Shown here piece by piece: positions 30,579-41,017 of a stretch of DNA of 64,000 nucleotides (positions within the stretch are counted from its first letter, which is position 1; the number at the start of each line of letters is the position of its first letter). Source of the DNA: an uncultured Bacteroidales bacterium (lineage in GTDB: Bacteria; Bacteroidota; Bacteroidia; Bacteroidales; SZUA-534); contig CADASL010000011.1 in the NCBI GenBank assembly GCA_902790595.1, positions 35,861 through 99,860 on the forward strand, written 5' to 3'. Under the pieces are notes generated by a model, which saw only the letters and a list, made by a program, of their open reading frames with translations, had not been told where the DNA came from and made no database searches. Position numbers and translations under genes: made by a program.

Positions 30579-30697
30579 ACCGTTTAGAGAACGCAAAAGT
30601 ATCAAAATTATTTGATTGAGGGTATTAGGTTTTCGGAATGTGAATTACAGAATTTCATAATGAACTCACAATTCATCACAGCCTATAAACACCAATA

Positions 30698-30728
30698 AAA
30701 AACCGCCCCAGAATCTGAGACGGTTTTT
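30698..30728 (-). terminator. Terminator after oadB
   Basis: Minus strand CCGTCTCAGA...TCTGGGGCGG followed by T6. Confidence 0.65.
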
Positions 30729-30752
30729 GCATATCTGTCTAACAATCAAATC

Positions 30753-32000
30753 CTAACCAAGAAAGGCAATCAGAATGCCTGCGGCCACAGCCGAACCAAT
30801 CACGCCCGACACGTTGCTCGACATACAGTAGTTGAGCACGTGGTTGCGCGGGTCGTATTTCAGAGCAATGTCGTTGGCCACACGCGATGCCATTGGCACG
30901 GCGCTCAAGCCAGTTGCGCCAATCAGCGGGTTGATTTTCTTCTTCGAGAACAGGTTGAAAATCTTCACCAGCAGAATGCCTCCAAAGATTGACAGGCCGA
31001 AGGCGAAGAATCCGCCAACCACAATGCCGATGGTCTGAAGGTTCAGGAAGGCGTCAACAGTCATTGTGGCACCGACTGACAAGCCCAAGAAGATTGTGGC
31101 AGAGTTCATTATGGCATTTGAAGCAGCGTCGAAAATGCGCGATGTGTTGGCTCCAACTTCCTTAATCAGGTTACCGAACATCAGCATACCAACAAGTGGA
31201 ACGGCTGTCGGAACCAGGATGGCCACAACGGTTGTGGTGGCAATCGGGAAGATGATTTTCAGAGCACGCATATTCTTGAACTCTTTGGCGTTCGGATAGA
31301 GTTTATCCTGCTCTTTCATATTGATTTTCAACTCTTTCTCAGAGCAAGTCAGTTTCACAACCAGCGGAATAATCACAGGCACAAGCGCCATATAAGAGTA
31401 GGCTGCAATGGCAATGGGGCCGAGCAAGTGCGGCGCAAGTTTGATGGTGGTGAAGATTGCCGTCGGACCGTCGGCACCACCGATAATGGCCAGTGAACCA
31501 GCCTCTTGCATTGTAAATCCGCAGTAGCTTGCGATAATCAGCACAGCAAAGATTCCGAACTGTGCGCCTGCACCGAAAATGGCAAGTTTAAGGTTACGCA
31601 GCATCGGACCGAAGTCGGTGAGAGCACCCACGCCCATAAAGATGATTGGCGGCAGTAATCCGCTCTTAATCAGGGCGTAGTAAATGAAGTTCATAATGCC
31701 AAGGTCGTGCGCGATTTCGGGCAGCGACATCTCATAGACATTTTTCGCCATCTCAACGCCGTCTTTGGTGTAGTGCACAAGGCCTTCGCCGTCGGCGCCA
31801 AGCACGCCCATACCGCCGCCAGGGAAGTTGGCAATCAGCACGCCAAAGGCGATGGGGATGAGCAGCAGCGGCTCGTATTGTTTCTTGATGCCCAGATAGA
31901 GCAGCAGAAACGCGAGCGCGTACATTATCAGAAACTGCGGTTCAGCAATGATGTTGCTGATAGCAGTCATATTGTATATTCTTTCAAATATCTCGCTCAT
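30753..32000 (-). CDS. oadB: Na+-translocating decarboxylase beta subunit
   Basis: YEPLLLIPIAFG, IIGGADGPTAIF, AAYSYMALVPVIIP, GLSAVPMASRV. Confidence 0.96.
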   Translation of the reverse strand: MSEIFERIYNMTAISNIIAEPQFLIMYALAFLLLYLGIKKQYEPLLLIPIAFGVLIANFPGGGMGVLGADGEGLVHYTKDGVEMAKNVYEMSLPEIAHDLGIMNFIYYALIKSGLLPPIIFMGVGALTDFGPMLRNLKLAIFGAGAQFGIFAVLIIASYCGFTMQEAGSLAIIGGADGPTAIFTTIKLAPHLLGPIAIAAYSYMALVPVIIPLVVKLTCSEKELKINMKEQDKLYPNAKEFKNMRALKIIFPIATTTVVAILVPTAVPLVGMLMFGNLIKEVGANTSRIFDAASNAIMNSATIFLGLSVGATMTVDAFLNLQTIGIVVGGFFAFGLSIFGGILLVKIFNLFSKKKINPLIGATGLSAVPMASRVANDIALKYDPRNHVLNYCMSSNVSGVIGSAVAAGILIAFLG

Positions 32001-32006
32001 AACCAA

Positions 32007-33854
32007 TCACTTAATTTTCATCAGAACATCGTCTTCGGCCACGCTTGCGCCGCTGGTCAGGCAGATTTCAACAACGGTGCCGTCGCATTCGGCTGCAATG
32101 GCGTTGAAGGTCTTCATTGCCTCAACGTAGCAGACGGTCTGGCCTTTCTTCACGGTGTCGCCAACCTTCACAGCGGTGTCGCCCGACGATTTCACAAGGT
32201 AGAATTTGCCTTCGAGCGGCGATGTGAGATCTTTTGCTCCAGCGGTGTCGCCGGCGGCTGCAGGTGCGGCTGCGGCGTGTTGTGCAGGTGCTGCCGAGCC
32301 GTTGTTCTCCCCAATCACAACTTTATATTTCTCGCCATTTACATCGACTGTAACTGTCTGTGGCAGAGTGATTCCTCCCTTGCCAGCACATTTTTCGGCT
32401 TTGCGTTTTGCAAGGTCGGCCTCGAAATCGGCTTTGGCCTTGCCGCTCTTGTAAGCGCGATACTGCTGCGGGTGCATAGCCAACTCGAAGAGTTCCTCCT
32501 CGTCCTCGCCAAGTTCCCAACCGTTCTCCTGCATCTCCTTGCGGAAGGTGTCGAGTTCGTCGGGATATTGGTCTTGCGGATTGCCAGTGAAGAATTCGCG
32601 GCCTTGCTCTTTGGCTTTGGCTTCGAGTTCAGGTGCGATTGGGCCAGGCAGTTTACCAGCCTTGCCGAGCAGCATATTCCAGATGTCGTCGGCAATGAGC
32701 GACCAGCGTTCCTTGCCCTTCTCCATCTGAATAACATTCATCAGCGCCATATTCTTTACATACTGGCTGAAAGGCGTAACCAGGCAGGGGTAGCCCATCA
32801 TCGGCCAAACGTATTTAACCTCGTCGAACAACTTCACAAGCAGTTGGTCCTGAGAGAGTTTCGGCTGATTATTTTTCTCTTTCCATTTGTTCAGGCTTTC
32901 CAGATTTGTCTCCAAATCGGTCATCAGCGAGCCCATCATTCCGCCCGGCAGACCCGGTGCAATCAGCAGCGAGTTCATCTGGCGGTTGCGAGCCGGAATG
33001 TAGTAGCCAAGGAAGTCGTCCATCATCTCCTGAATCATTGTGCGAACCTCCATATAGGCGTCCATATTGATTTCAGGAACGTCGAAACCAGCGTCCTTCA
33101 GCATTGGCTGGACGGCCAGAATATCGGCGTGACCTGTGCCCCACGAGAGCGGCTCCATACCAACGTCAACATAGTCGCAACCAGCCTTGCAGACCTCCAG
33201 AATGGTTGCCATTGAGAAGCCCGGCCCTGCGTGTCCGTGGTATTGGATGGTGATTTTCGGATATTTAGCCTTTATGTTTTTCACAATCTCGCCAAGCGAT
33301 ACGGGGCGTGCGATTCCGGCCATATCCTTCAAGCAGATTTCGTCGGCGCCGGCCTCGATGAGTTCGAAAGCGAGTTTTGTGTAATATTCAATTGTGTGAA
33401 GCGGTGAGAAAGTGACGCAAAGGCAGCACTGCGAAATCATTCCGCCGTCGTGCGCGTAGCCGATTGACGGGATAATGTTGCGGGTGTCGTTCAGGCCGCA
33501 GAAGGTGCGGGCGATGTCGGTGCCTTGTTTTTTCTTCACCTTGTAGAACATACGGCGAACGTCAACCGGAACCGGGTTCATACGGATGCCGTTCAGCGCA
33601 CGGTCGAGCATATGTGTCTGAATGCCAGCCTCGTGGAATGGTTTTGTCCACTGGCGTACGGCCTTGTTGGGATTCTCGCCGTAAAGCAGGTTCACTTGTT
33701 CAAAGCCACCGCCGTTGGTCTCAACGCGGTCGAAACAACCCATTTTGATGATTGCGGGCGCAACTTTTACCAATTGGTCAACCCGCGGCACGTATTTTCC
33801 GGCCGACTGCCACATATCGCGGAAGACCAGACTGAATTTTACCTTTTTACTCAT
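32007..33854 (-). CDS. oadA: Oxaloacetate decarboxylase alpha-type subunit (carboxyltransferase fused to biotin carrier)
   Basis: RDMWQS, ICLKDMAG, HGHAG, PGGM, LVTPFSQY, biotinyl motif EAMKTF. Confidence 0.9.
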   Translation of the reverse strand: MSKKVKFSLVFRDMWQSAGKYVPRVDQLVKVAPAIIKMGCFDRVETNGGGFEQVNLLYGENPNKAVRQWTKPFHEAGIQTHMLDRALNGIRMNPVPVDVRRMFYKVKKKQGTDIARTFCGLNDTRNIIPSIGYAHDGGMISQCCLCVTFSPLHTIEYYTKLAFELIEAGADEICLKDMAGIARPVSLGEIVKNIKAKYPKITIQYHGHAGPGFSMATILEVCKAGCDYVDVGMEPLSWGTGHADILAVQPMLKDAGFDVPEINMDAYMEVRTMIQEMMDDFLGYYIPARNRQMNSLLIAPGLPGGMMGSLMTDLETNLESLNKWKEKNNQPKLSQDQLLVKLFDEVKYVWPMMGYPCLVTPFSQYVKNMALMNVIQMEKGKERWSLIADDIWNMLLGKAGKLPGPIAPELEAKAKEQGREFFTGNPQDQYPDELDTFRKEMQENGWELGEDEEELFELAMHPQQYRAYKSGKAKADFEADLAKRKAEKCAGKGGITLPQTVTVDVNGEKYKVVIGENNGSAAPAQHAAAAPAAAGDTAGAKDLTSPLEGKFYLVKSSGDTAVKVGDTVKKGQTVCYVEAMKTFNAIAAECDGTVVEICLTSGASVAEDDVLMKIK

Positions 33855-33857
33855 ATT

Positions 33858-34106
33858 TTAAATTTTTTCGATTGATTCAACTTTGCCTTTGCCTGCAGTG
33901 ATGGTGTTCACGGCCGACTCAATGGCTGCTTTGATGTTCGGGGCGACAGCGGCCACTGCGGTTGCGGCCTGCGCCTTCGGTTCCTCTTCGGGGAAGAATC
34001 GGTTAACCACGCTGATGAGCAGGTTTCCCATACCTATTATTAATAGAAGCGCGCAGAACACCGTTCCGAGCCCCACTACCAATAATGTCCATACTGAAAT
34101 TTCCAT
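33858..34106 (-). CDS. oadG: Decarboxylase gamma subunit (OadG family)
   Basis: N-terminal TM VGLGTVFCALLLII, Ala/Pro linker; position in operon. Confidence 0.88.
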   Translation of the reverse strand: MEISVWTLLVVGLGTVFCALLLIIGMGNLLISVVNRFFPEEEPKAQAATAVAAVAPNIKAAIESAVNTITAGKGKVESIEKI

Positions 34107-34536
34107 TTATCGCTATTTTTTAACTCAATAATCAAAAACCCGCGTTGCCTTTATTAACATAAACTCTTAAAAACCAATTCTTTGGTCAATTTAGTATATT
34201 TTAAAAACAACCGTGCAAAAATAGTTTTTTTAGCGCACCGTTATTCAAAAAATATGCCACAAGTGCGATTTTATCGCAGTTTGATTTTTGTCGGCACATA
34301 AAAAACTGGAAATAAACATATTGCATAAACATAACGATGGCATTTGCAACAATTTTATCGACAACTTTTCTGTTTTGCAGGGCACAAATCCGATTCAAGG
34401 CAATATTGGCTCACAAATGTTCGTTTGGCTTTTGCAGCTTCGATGAAAAAAAGCATTTCAACGCACCTTTATCAATATAACACCGTTGTTGCCGTAAAAA
34501 AATCGGGTGATGCAAGCGAGTAAGAAAATAATTTTT

Positions 34537-34544
34537 ACTTTTGG
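34537..34544 (+). promoter_or_regulatory. -7 element (TACTTTTG) for the PorG-like cluster
   Basis: Exact TAnnTTTG about 30 bp upstream of the ATG at 34577. Confidence 0.5.
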
Positions 34545-34576
34545 CCTCTTGTTAAAAAGAGTGTTTTGACTTTTCT

Positions 34577-35515
34577 ATGAAACATCATATAGTATTATTG
34601 GTTTCGTTGCTGATGTTGGTGTCAGAATTTGCCGACGCCCAGGCTACTCGTTGGAAACGAATGCGTTATGAGGCGGTTGGTGGTATTGGATTGTCAACAT
34701 TTGTGGGTGAGCTTGGCGGTAGAGACTCCGGTCACGGACACTTCCTTGCCGACTACGATTTCACCTCGCAACGCGTTATGGCACAAGTCGGAATGCGCTA
34801 CAAGATACTCAATCCGCTGGCCGTGAAAGGCACGGTATCGTATGCGTGGCTTTCAGGTAGCGATGCCAAAACCGACGAAGCCTACCGTCGCGACCGCAAC
34901 CTCAGCTTCCGTACCAACTTGTGGGAGTTAGGCGTTCAACTCGAATACTCGATAATTCCGGAACCCATCAACTACAGGTCGCGCCGACGCCGCAAATTCA
35001 CATTCCGCAGTCTGCTCGACATAAACACCTACGTTTTCGCCGGTGTTTCGGCATTCTATTACAACCCGAAGGCTAAAGATGACGGTCCGGAAGGTACTGG
35101 CAAGTGGGTTGCCTTGCGGAAATTAGGCACCGAAGGCCAGGGCTTGATGGAAGGCCGAAGAAAATACAGACGAATTGCAATGGGATTCCCGTTCGGTATC
35201 GGTTTCAAATACCCGCTGTCGCGCGAATTGGGCATCGGACTTGAATTTGGTCCGCGCTACACCACAACCGACTACATCGATGATGTGAGCCGCTCGTACG
35301 TTGACAATGAATGGCTTGCACGCAAAAATCTGCAAGCAGCCCGTATGGCCGACCGAAGCATAAAAACCGACGATGAAAAAGACCCATTACCAAATGTAAG
35401 ATATGCTCCAGGTGAGCAACGTGGCGAATCAAAATTCAATGATTTCTATATGTTTACTGTAGTATCTGTTTCGTATAAGCTGAAAACTGGCCGAAGCGGA
35501 TTACCAAAATTCTAA
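34577..35515 (+). CDS. PorG-like (DUF6089) outer-membrane beta-barrel, copy 1
   Basis: Signal peptide; GxSTFVGELGG, RNLSFRTNLWELG, FPFGIGFKY, FTTTDYIDDVS-like, D-x-YMF motifs. Confidence 0.8.
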   Translation: MKHHIVLLVSLLMLVSEFADAQATRWKRMRYEAVGGIGLSTFVGELGGRDSGHGHFLADYDFTSQRVMAQVGMRYKILNPLAVKGTVSYAWLSGSDAKTDEAYRRDRNLSFRTNLWELGVQLEYSIIPEPINYRSRRRRKFTFRSLLDINTYVFAGVSAFYYNPKAKDDGPEGTGKWVALRKLGTEGQGLMEGRRKYRRIAMGFPFGIGFKYPLSRELGIGLEFGPRYTTTDYIDDVSRSYVDNEWLARKNLQAARMADRSIKTDDEKDPLPNVRYAPGEQRGESKFNDFYMFTVVSVSYKLKTGRSGLPKF

Positions 35516-35528
35516 CACAATACCAATT

Positions 35529-36359
35529 ATGAAAACAAATACATTCCAAAGATTAGCGATAATATTATTATTGGTGTTGTGTTTCAACGGAGCATCAGCA
35601 CAGAAATGGAGCAAACGCAATTATGAGTTGCACGCAGGTGTGGGTGTAACAAACTTTATGGGTGATGTCTGCTCTCCTAGAGACCCTGAAAAAATGTTGT
35701 GGATTCTGCCATTCAGAACAACAGGACTGTTAGCCGACGGAATGTTGAAATACAATGTTAAAGGACGGCATTTTGTCAGCACAAGTTTGAACATTGGCTA
35801 TATGGCCGCCCGTGAGACCATCGAGAAACAGACAAATTATTGGTATCGCCACGGTATCGCTTTCCGGTCAGGTTTTGCCGAGTTGGGTTTCCGCTACGAG
35901 TTTGAATTCATCAAAGAGCGTGTTCACAAAACAGTTTACCGCAAATTGGGCGAAACAAAACTTAAGAACTTCACTATGCCGTCGTACCTGTTCGCAGGTG
36001 TGGGTGCATATTACAGTTACGGTCTGTTCTACTGGAACGACACTCCGGGTCGCAACAGATACTCTAAATCTTATCACAGCTTTGCGCCTGTTGTTATGTT
36101 AGGTGTGGGTTCGAAAGTCAGAATCGCACGCAATATGTATGTGGGTGCTGAGTTTGGTTTACGCGAGGTTATCGGCGATAATGTCGATGGTGTTGACGGC
36201 GGAAAAGACAGACAATCTCAAACACCATCCGAATTAATTAACGGCAATTACAAATTCGGCAAATGGATTGACCAATACCAGTTTGTGTCAGTGAACATTG
36301 CCTTCAAGTTCCGCGAGAAACGCAACCACTTGCCTAACTTCAAAACAATCAGGAACTAA
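35529..36359 (+). CDS. PorG-like outer-membrane beta-barrel, copy 2 (divergent)
   Basis: Signal peptide; GVTNFMGDV, FRSGFAELG, GVGSKV...EFGLR...DNVDGV, DQYQFV. Confidence 0.7.
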   Translation: MKTNTFQRLAIILLLVLCFNGASAQKWSKRNYELHAGVGVTNFMGDVCSPRDPEKMLWILPFRTTGLLADGMLKYNVKGRHFVSTSLNIGYMAARETIEKQTNYWYRHGIAFRSGFAELGFRYEFEFIKERVHKTVYRKLGETKLKNFTMPSYLFAGVGAYYSYGLFYWNDTPGRNRYSKSYHSFAPVVMLGVGSKVRIARNMYVGAEFGLREVIGDNVDGVDGGKDRQSQTPSELINGNYKFGKWIDQYQFVSVNIAFKFREKRNHLPNFKTIRN

Positions 36360-37046
36360 ATGCACGTTTGCTTCCGAATTCTTTGTTTGACTGCGCTTTC
36401 GCTTTCAATGGCGTGCGGCTTGCAGGCGCAAGAGTTCCCATACGGCGAGGTTGGCTTGCAGTTGGGCGGAGGCTACTATTTGGGCGACATTAACAAAGTT
36501 CCGTTCAAAAGCACAAGACCGGCCGCGGCTGTGATGTACCGTCACAATCTCAACAACAGATACTCGGCCAAAGCAATGCTTTCATACGGCAAAATCACCG
36601 CTTCCGACTCTAAATACAAAAGCGATTATCAGCACGACCGCGACTACTCATTCAACCGCAGTCTGGTTCATTTCAACATAATGGGAGAGTTCAACTTTCT
36701 ACCGTTTGTTTTAGGAAAAAAAGATGTGCCATACGCCACCTATCTGCAAGGCGGCCTCGGCTTTGGCTTTTTACCCGGCGACAACAAAACCGACAAGTAT
36801 CTTGTTGACATTCCGTTCGGATTCGGTGTAAAATTCAACACCCCGTACCGGAAACTATTGTACGGCGCTGAGTTTCTGATGATTAAAACCTTCAGCGACA
36901 ACATCGATTTTGTGTCGCCCCGGCCATCGGATGTGAACAATATGAAACAAAGATATGTCGCGAGCAATAAAGACTGGCTGTCATATTTCTCAATTTATTT
37001 GGCATATAAAATAGAATATCCTAAGAAATGTCCGACGTTTGACTAA
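36360..37046 (+). CDS. porG: T9SS protein PorG (DUF6089)
   Basis: GGGYYLGDIN, YRHNLNNRYS, EFNFLPF, IPFGFGVKF, TFSDNIDF, NKDWLSY; directly upstream of uppS-bamA-skp-skp as in the Porphyromonas porG locus. Confidence 0.75.
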   Translation: MHVCFRILCLTALSLSMACGLQAQEFPYGEVGLQLGGGYYLGDINKVPFKSTRPAAAVMYRHNLNNRYSAKAMLSYGKITASDSKYKSDYQHDRDYSFNRSLVHFNIMGEFNFLPFVLGKKDVPYATYLQGGLGFGFLPGDNKTDKYLVDIPFGFGVKFNTPYRKLLYGAEFLMIKTFSDNIDFVSPRPSDVNNMKQRYVASNKDWLSYFSIYLAYKIEYPKKCPTFD

Positions 37047-37071
37047 ATTTGCGCGGAAATAAAGCAAGGGG

Positions 37072-37821
37072 ATGTCTCTTAAAGAAAGTATCATAAAGGA
37101 AAGATTACCAAGGCATATCGCCATAATAATGGACGGTAACGGCCGGTGGGCGAAAAAGCAGGGCAACGTGCGCATTTTCGGGCACAAGAATGCCTTGAAC
37201 GCCGTGCGCGCCGTGTGCGAGGGCTGCGCCGAGCTTGGTGTGGAGTATCTGACTCTCTACGCCTTCTCGACTGAGAACTGGAACCGCCCAAAGATGGAAG
37301 TGTCGGCCTTGATGGATTTGCTGGTTTCGGCAATAAATACGGAAACCGATACACTAATCAAGAATAATATCCGTTTAAATGCAATAGGACGGCTCACCGA
37401 CCTGCCCGAAAAGGTTTGTGCAAACCTGCGCGAGGCCATCGAACGGACAAAAGCAAACACCGGCCTGACACTCACGCTGGCGTTGAGCTACAGCTCGAAG
37501 GTGGAGATAATTGAAGCGGTTAGGCGGATTGCCAGCAATGTGGCCGACGGCAAAATTGCGGCCGACAGCATCGACGGCGACACGGTGAGCCAGAACCTGT
37601 ACACTTGCGGCATCCCAGACCCCGACTTGCTCATCAGAACAAGCGGCGAGTACCGGATTAGCAATTTTATGCTGTGGCAGCTGGCCTACGCTGAGCTTTA
37701 TTTCACGCCAACGTTGTGGCCGGACTTCGACAAGGAGGAACTCTACAAAGCCATTGTCGATTATCAGCAACGCGAGCGCCGGTTTGGTATGACAAGCGAA
37801 CAGTTAGGGCAGAGCATTTGA
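37072..37821 (+). CDS. uppS: Undecaprenyl diphosphate synthase
   Basis: HIAIIMDGNGRWAK, YAFSTENWNRP, DLLIRTSGEYRISNFMLWQ. Confidence 0.97.
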   Translation: MSLKESIIKERLPRHIAIIMDGNGRWAKKQGNVRIFGHKNALNAVRAVCEGCAELGVEYLTLYAFSTENWNRPKMEVSALMDLLVSAINTETDTLIKNNIRLNAIGRLTDLPEKVCANLREAIERTKANTGLTLTLALSYSSKVEIIEAVRRIASNVADGKIAADSIDGDTVSQNLYTCGIPDPDLLIRTSGEYRISNFMLWQLAYAELYFTPTLWPDFDKEELYKAIVDYQQRERRFGMTSEQLGQSI

Positions 37822-37833
37822 AAATTACAACAG

Positions 37834-40374
37834 ATGATGAACAAAGTAATAGTTGCGGTTTTACTGGTGTTGAACACTGTTATGGCAGTGGCGCAATCGG
37901 GAGGCGGCGACAACATTAAGATAGATTATTCGAAACCAAAGAAATACACGATTGCCGACATAACAGTCACCGGCGTCAAATATTTGAACACAACAACACT
38001 TGTCAACCTGTCGGGATTGCAGGTGGGGCAGGAAATAGAAGTGCCTGGCGACGCCATCTCAAAATCGCTCGAAAAACTTTGGAAGCACGGCCTTTTCGGC
38101 GACGTGCAGATTTACGTGACAAAAATCACCGATGACAAAATCTACCTCAACTTCGAGCTGAAAGAGCGCCCGCGACTTTCGAGAGTTGAGTTTTCTGGAA
38201 TCTCGAAATCGCAGGCCGAAGACCTGAAAGACGAAGTTAAACTGGTGCGCGGAATCCAGATTACCGACGATATGGTGAGCTCGGCAGTCAAACGCATCCG
38301 CGAGTTTTACGTGAAAAAGGGCTTCCACGATGTGAAAGTCAACGTAAAACAGGAGGAGGACACAATGATGGCCAATACCGTCATTCTGCACTTCAACGTC
38401 AAGAAAAACAGCAAGGTTAAAATCAAGCACATCGAAATTGAAGGCAACGAGGTTTTCAGCGACGGCAAGATTCGCAGGGCAATGAAGGGCACCAAGCAAA
38501 AAACCTGGTACAACATTTTCAAGCCATCGAAATACATTGAAACCAAGTACGAGGAGGACAAAAAGAAGATAATTGAAAAGTACAACGAGCGCGGCTACCG
38601 CGATGCCAAGATTGTTTCGGACACGGTTTACCGCAACGAGGACAATATGTTCAATATCGAAATCCGCGTGTCGGAAGGCGGCCAATACTTTTACCGCAAC
38701 ATTGAATGGATTGGTAACACAAAGTACCCGGCCGAAGTACTTAACGCACAACTAAATATAAAGAAGGGCGATGTTTTCGACCAGGCTCAGCTCGACAAGA
38801 GGCTTATGGCCGCCGACGATGCCGTGGCCTCGCTTTACGTCGACCGAGGCTACCTTTTCTTCCAGGCGATTCCGGTTGAAGTTCAGGTAGATAACGATTC
38901 AATCGACTTACAGATAAGGATTTACGAAGGCAAGCAAGCCCGCATCAACCGTGTGACAATCCACGGCAACGACCGCACAAACGAGCACGTTATCCGCCGC
39001 GAGATTTGGACGCACCCGGGCGACCTTTACAGCAAGTCGGACATTATGCGAACCATCCGCGAACTGGCGTCGCTGAGCTATTTCGATGCCGAAAAGTTCG
39101 ATGTGAAACCAACACCGAACCAAGCCGACGGAACGGTTGACCTTGACTACATTGTGGTGGAGCGTCCGGCCGACCAGATTGAGCTCTCAGGCGGCTGGGG
39201 CGGCGGTATGGTCATCGGAACGCTGGGCCTTTCGTTCACAAACTTCTCTGCAAAAAACATCTTCAACCTCGACTCATACAGTCCGCTGCCATCGGGCGAC
39301 GGCCAGCGACTCTCAATACACGCGCAGACCAGCGGCAAGCACTACCGCTCGCTGAGTTTGTCGTTCACCGAGCCGTGGCTTGGCGGCCGCAAACCAAACT
39401 CGTTCACGGTGTCGTTCTACCACACGGTGCGGTCGAGCAGCAACGTTTACAAGTCGAACATTTCGCAGTTTATGAAGATTACCGGCGCGTCAGTGGGTTT
39501 GGGACGCCGTTTGGAGTGGCCCGACAACTACTTCACTATCTACAACGAAATCAGTTATCAGCGGTACAACATCCAGAACTACGCCATCCTGAACGAGTTC
39601 TCGACAGGCATATCAAACAACCTGAGTATCACAACGGTAATTGGCCGCAACTCACTCGACCAGCCGCTCTATCCGCGCCGCGGCGCCAACATATCGCTCT
39701 CGCTGCAGCTGACTCCGCCCTACTCGCTCCTGCGCGAATGGGAATTCTGGAAACTGGACAAAAACGAGAGGAAATCGCTTGACGACAACCCAACAGCCGT
39801 CCGCGAGGAGGAAGCCCGCCGCAAATACCGGCTCATTGAGTTCCACAAATGGAAATTCAAAGCCGACTGGTTCAACGCCATCTACCAGAATCTAGTGTTG
39901 CGCACCAACTTTGAATTCGGCTTGTTAGGCTACTACAGCCGCCGATGGGGATACTCTCCGTTCGAGTCGTTCCAGGTGGGCGGCGACGGTATGCAAGGCG
40001 GCAACTACTACTACGGCTACGATGTTATTCCGCTGCGCGGCTACGACAACGGCCGGAACGGCAACGGCTCGTTGACAGCCTATCCGCAAGGCAACATCTA
40101 TCAGAAAATATCGGTAGAGCTGCGCTACCCGTTGGTGATGAAGGAATCGTCAACCATTTGGGCGTCAGCGTTTTTTGATGCCGGCAACTCGTGGTACGAA
40201 CTGCAGGAGTACAACCCGTACAGCCTATACCGCTCGGCGGGTGTGGGCGTGAGGTTCTACTTGCCGATGCTTGGTCTGCTCGGACTTGACTGGGGTTACG
40301 GATTCGACAACAACCCGCGCAACCCAGGCTCCAACGGCAGCCAGTTCGCGTTCACCATCGGCCAGGCGTTCTAA
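37834..40374 (+). CDS. bamA: Outer membrane protein assembly factor BamA
   Basis: POTRA repeats, barrel PLRGYDN, ends FTIGQAF. Confidence 0.96.
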   Translation: MMNKVIVAVLLVLNTVMAVAQSGGGDNIKIDYSKPKKYTIADITVTGVKYLNTTTLVNLSGLQVGQEIEVPGDAISKSLEKLWKHGLFGDVQIYVTKITDDKIYLNFELKERPRLSRVEFSGISKSQAEDLKDEVKLVRGIQITDDMVSSAVKRIREFYVKKGFHDVKVNVKQEEDTMMANTVILHFNVKKNSKVKIKHIEIEGNEVFSDGKIRRAMKGTKQKTWYNIFKPSKYIETKYEEDKKKIIEKYNERGYRDAKIVSDTVYRNEDNMFNIEIRVSEGGQYFYRNIEWIGNTKYPAEVLNAQLNIKKGDVFDQAQLDKRLMAADDAVASLYVDRGYLFFQAIPVEVQVDNDSIDLQIRIYEGKQARINRVTIHGNDRTNEHVIRREIWTHPGDLYSKSDIMRTIRELASLSYFDAEKFDVKPTPNQADGTVDLDYIVVERPADQIELSGGWGGGMVIGTLGLSFTNFSAKNIFNLDSYSPLPSGDGQRLSIHAQTSGKHYRSLSLSFTEPWLGGRKPNSFTVSFYHTVRSSSNVYKSNISQFMKITGASVGLGRRLEWPDNYFTIYNEISYQRYNIQNYAILNEFSTGISNNLSITTVIGRNSLDQPLYPRRGANISLSLQLTPPYSLLREWEFWKLDKNERKSLDDNPTAVREEEARRKYRLIEFHKWKFKADWFNAIYQNLVLRTNFEFGLLGYYSRRWGYSPFESFQVGGDGMQGGNYYYGYDVIPLRGYDNGRNGNGSLTAYPQGNIYQKISVELRYPLVMKESSTIWASAFFDAGNSWYELQEYNPYSLYRSAGVGVRFYLPMLGLLGLDWGYGFDNNPRNPGSNGSQFAFTIGQAF

Positions 40375-40424
40375 TTGTAAAACAGACAATCAATATTGTG
40401 TAACATACTTAATACCACACGATT

Positions 40425-40937
40425 ATGAAAAAAGCACTTTTTGCCGGAATGTTTGCACTGCTTGCAACATCGGCTTTTGCACAAAAATTTGCGTACGTCG
40501 ATACCGACTACATTCTGAAGAGCATACCGGCCTACGAGTCGGCGCAGGAGCAGCTTGAGATTATGTCGAAAGACTGGCAGGCTGAAATTGAGACCAAGTA
40601 TGCCGAAATTGAGAAAATGTATAAAGAGTATCAGGCCGAGAAGGTTCTGCTTACCGACGAAATGAAACAGAAACGCGAGGAGGAGATTGTGCAGAAAGAG
40701 CGTCAGACAAAGGAATTGCAGAAAAAATACTTCGGCACCGACGGCGATTTATTTAAAAAACGCCAGGAGCTGATTAAGCCAATTCAGGACGATATTTTCA
40801 ACGCAATCAAAGAGATAGCCACATCGGGCAACTATGCGTTCATATTCGATGCCGCCGGCGGAGCCTCGTTCCTCTACTCCGACCCCAAGTACGACAAGAG
40901 CGACGATGTGCTGCAGAAACTGGGCTACAAGAATTAG
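40425..40937 (+). CDS. skp: OmpH/Skp periplasmic chaperone, copy 1
   Basis: QKFAYVDTDYIL...LIKPIQDDIFNAIK...YAFIFD. Confidence 0.93.
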   Translation: MKKALFAGMFALLATSAFAQKFAYVDTDYILKSIPAYESAQEQLEIMSKDWQAEIETKYAEIEKMYKEYQAEKVLLTDEMKQKREEEIVQKERQTKELQKKYFGTDGDLFKKRQELIKPIQDDIFNAIKEIATSGNYAFIFDAAGGASFLYSDPKYDKSDDVLQKLGYKN

Positions 40938-41017
40938 GCGCGTTTTTTCGCAAAACTTGCATCGGCAAAACCAATTTTAATATATTTGCATTCAAACAAT
41001 AACAAATAAAACTTTTA

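Noticed and set aside
30753-34106. oadGAB as a novel system
   Set aside because: A well-known Na+-pumping biotin-dependent decarboxylase arrangement.
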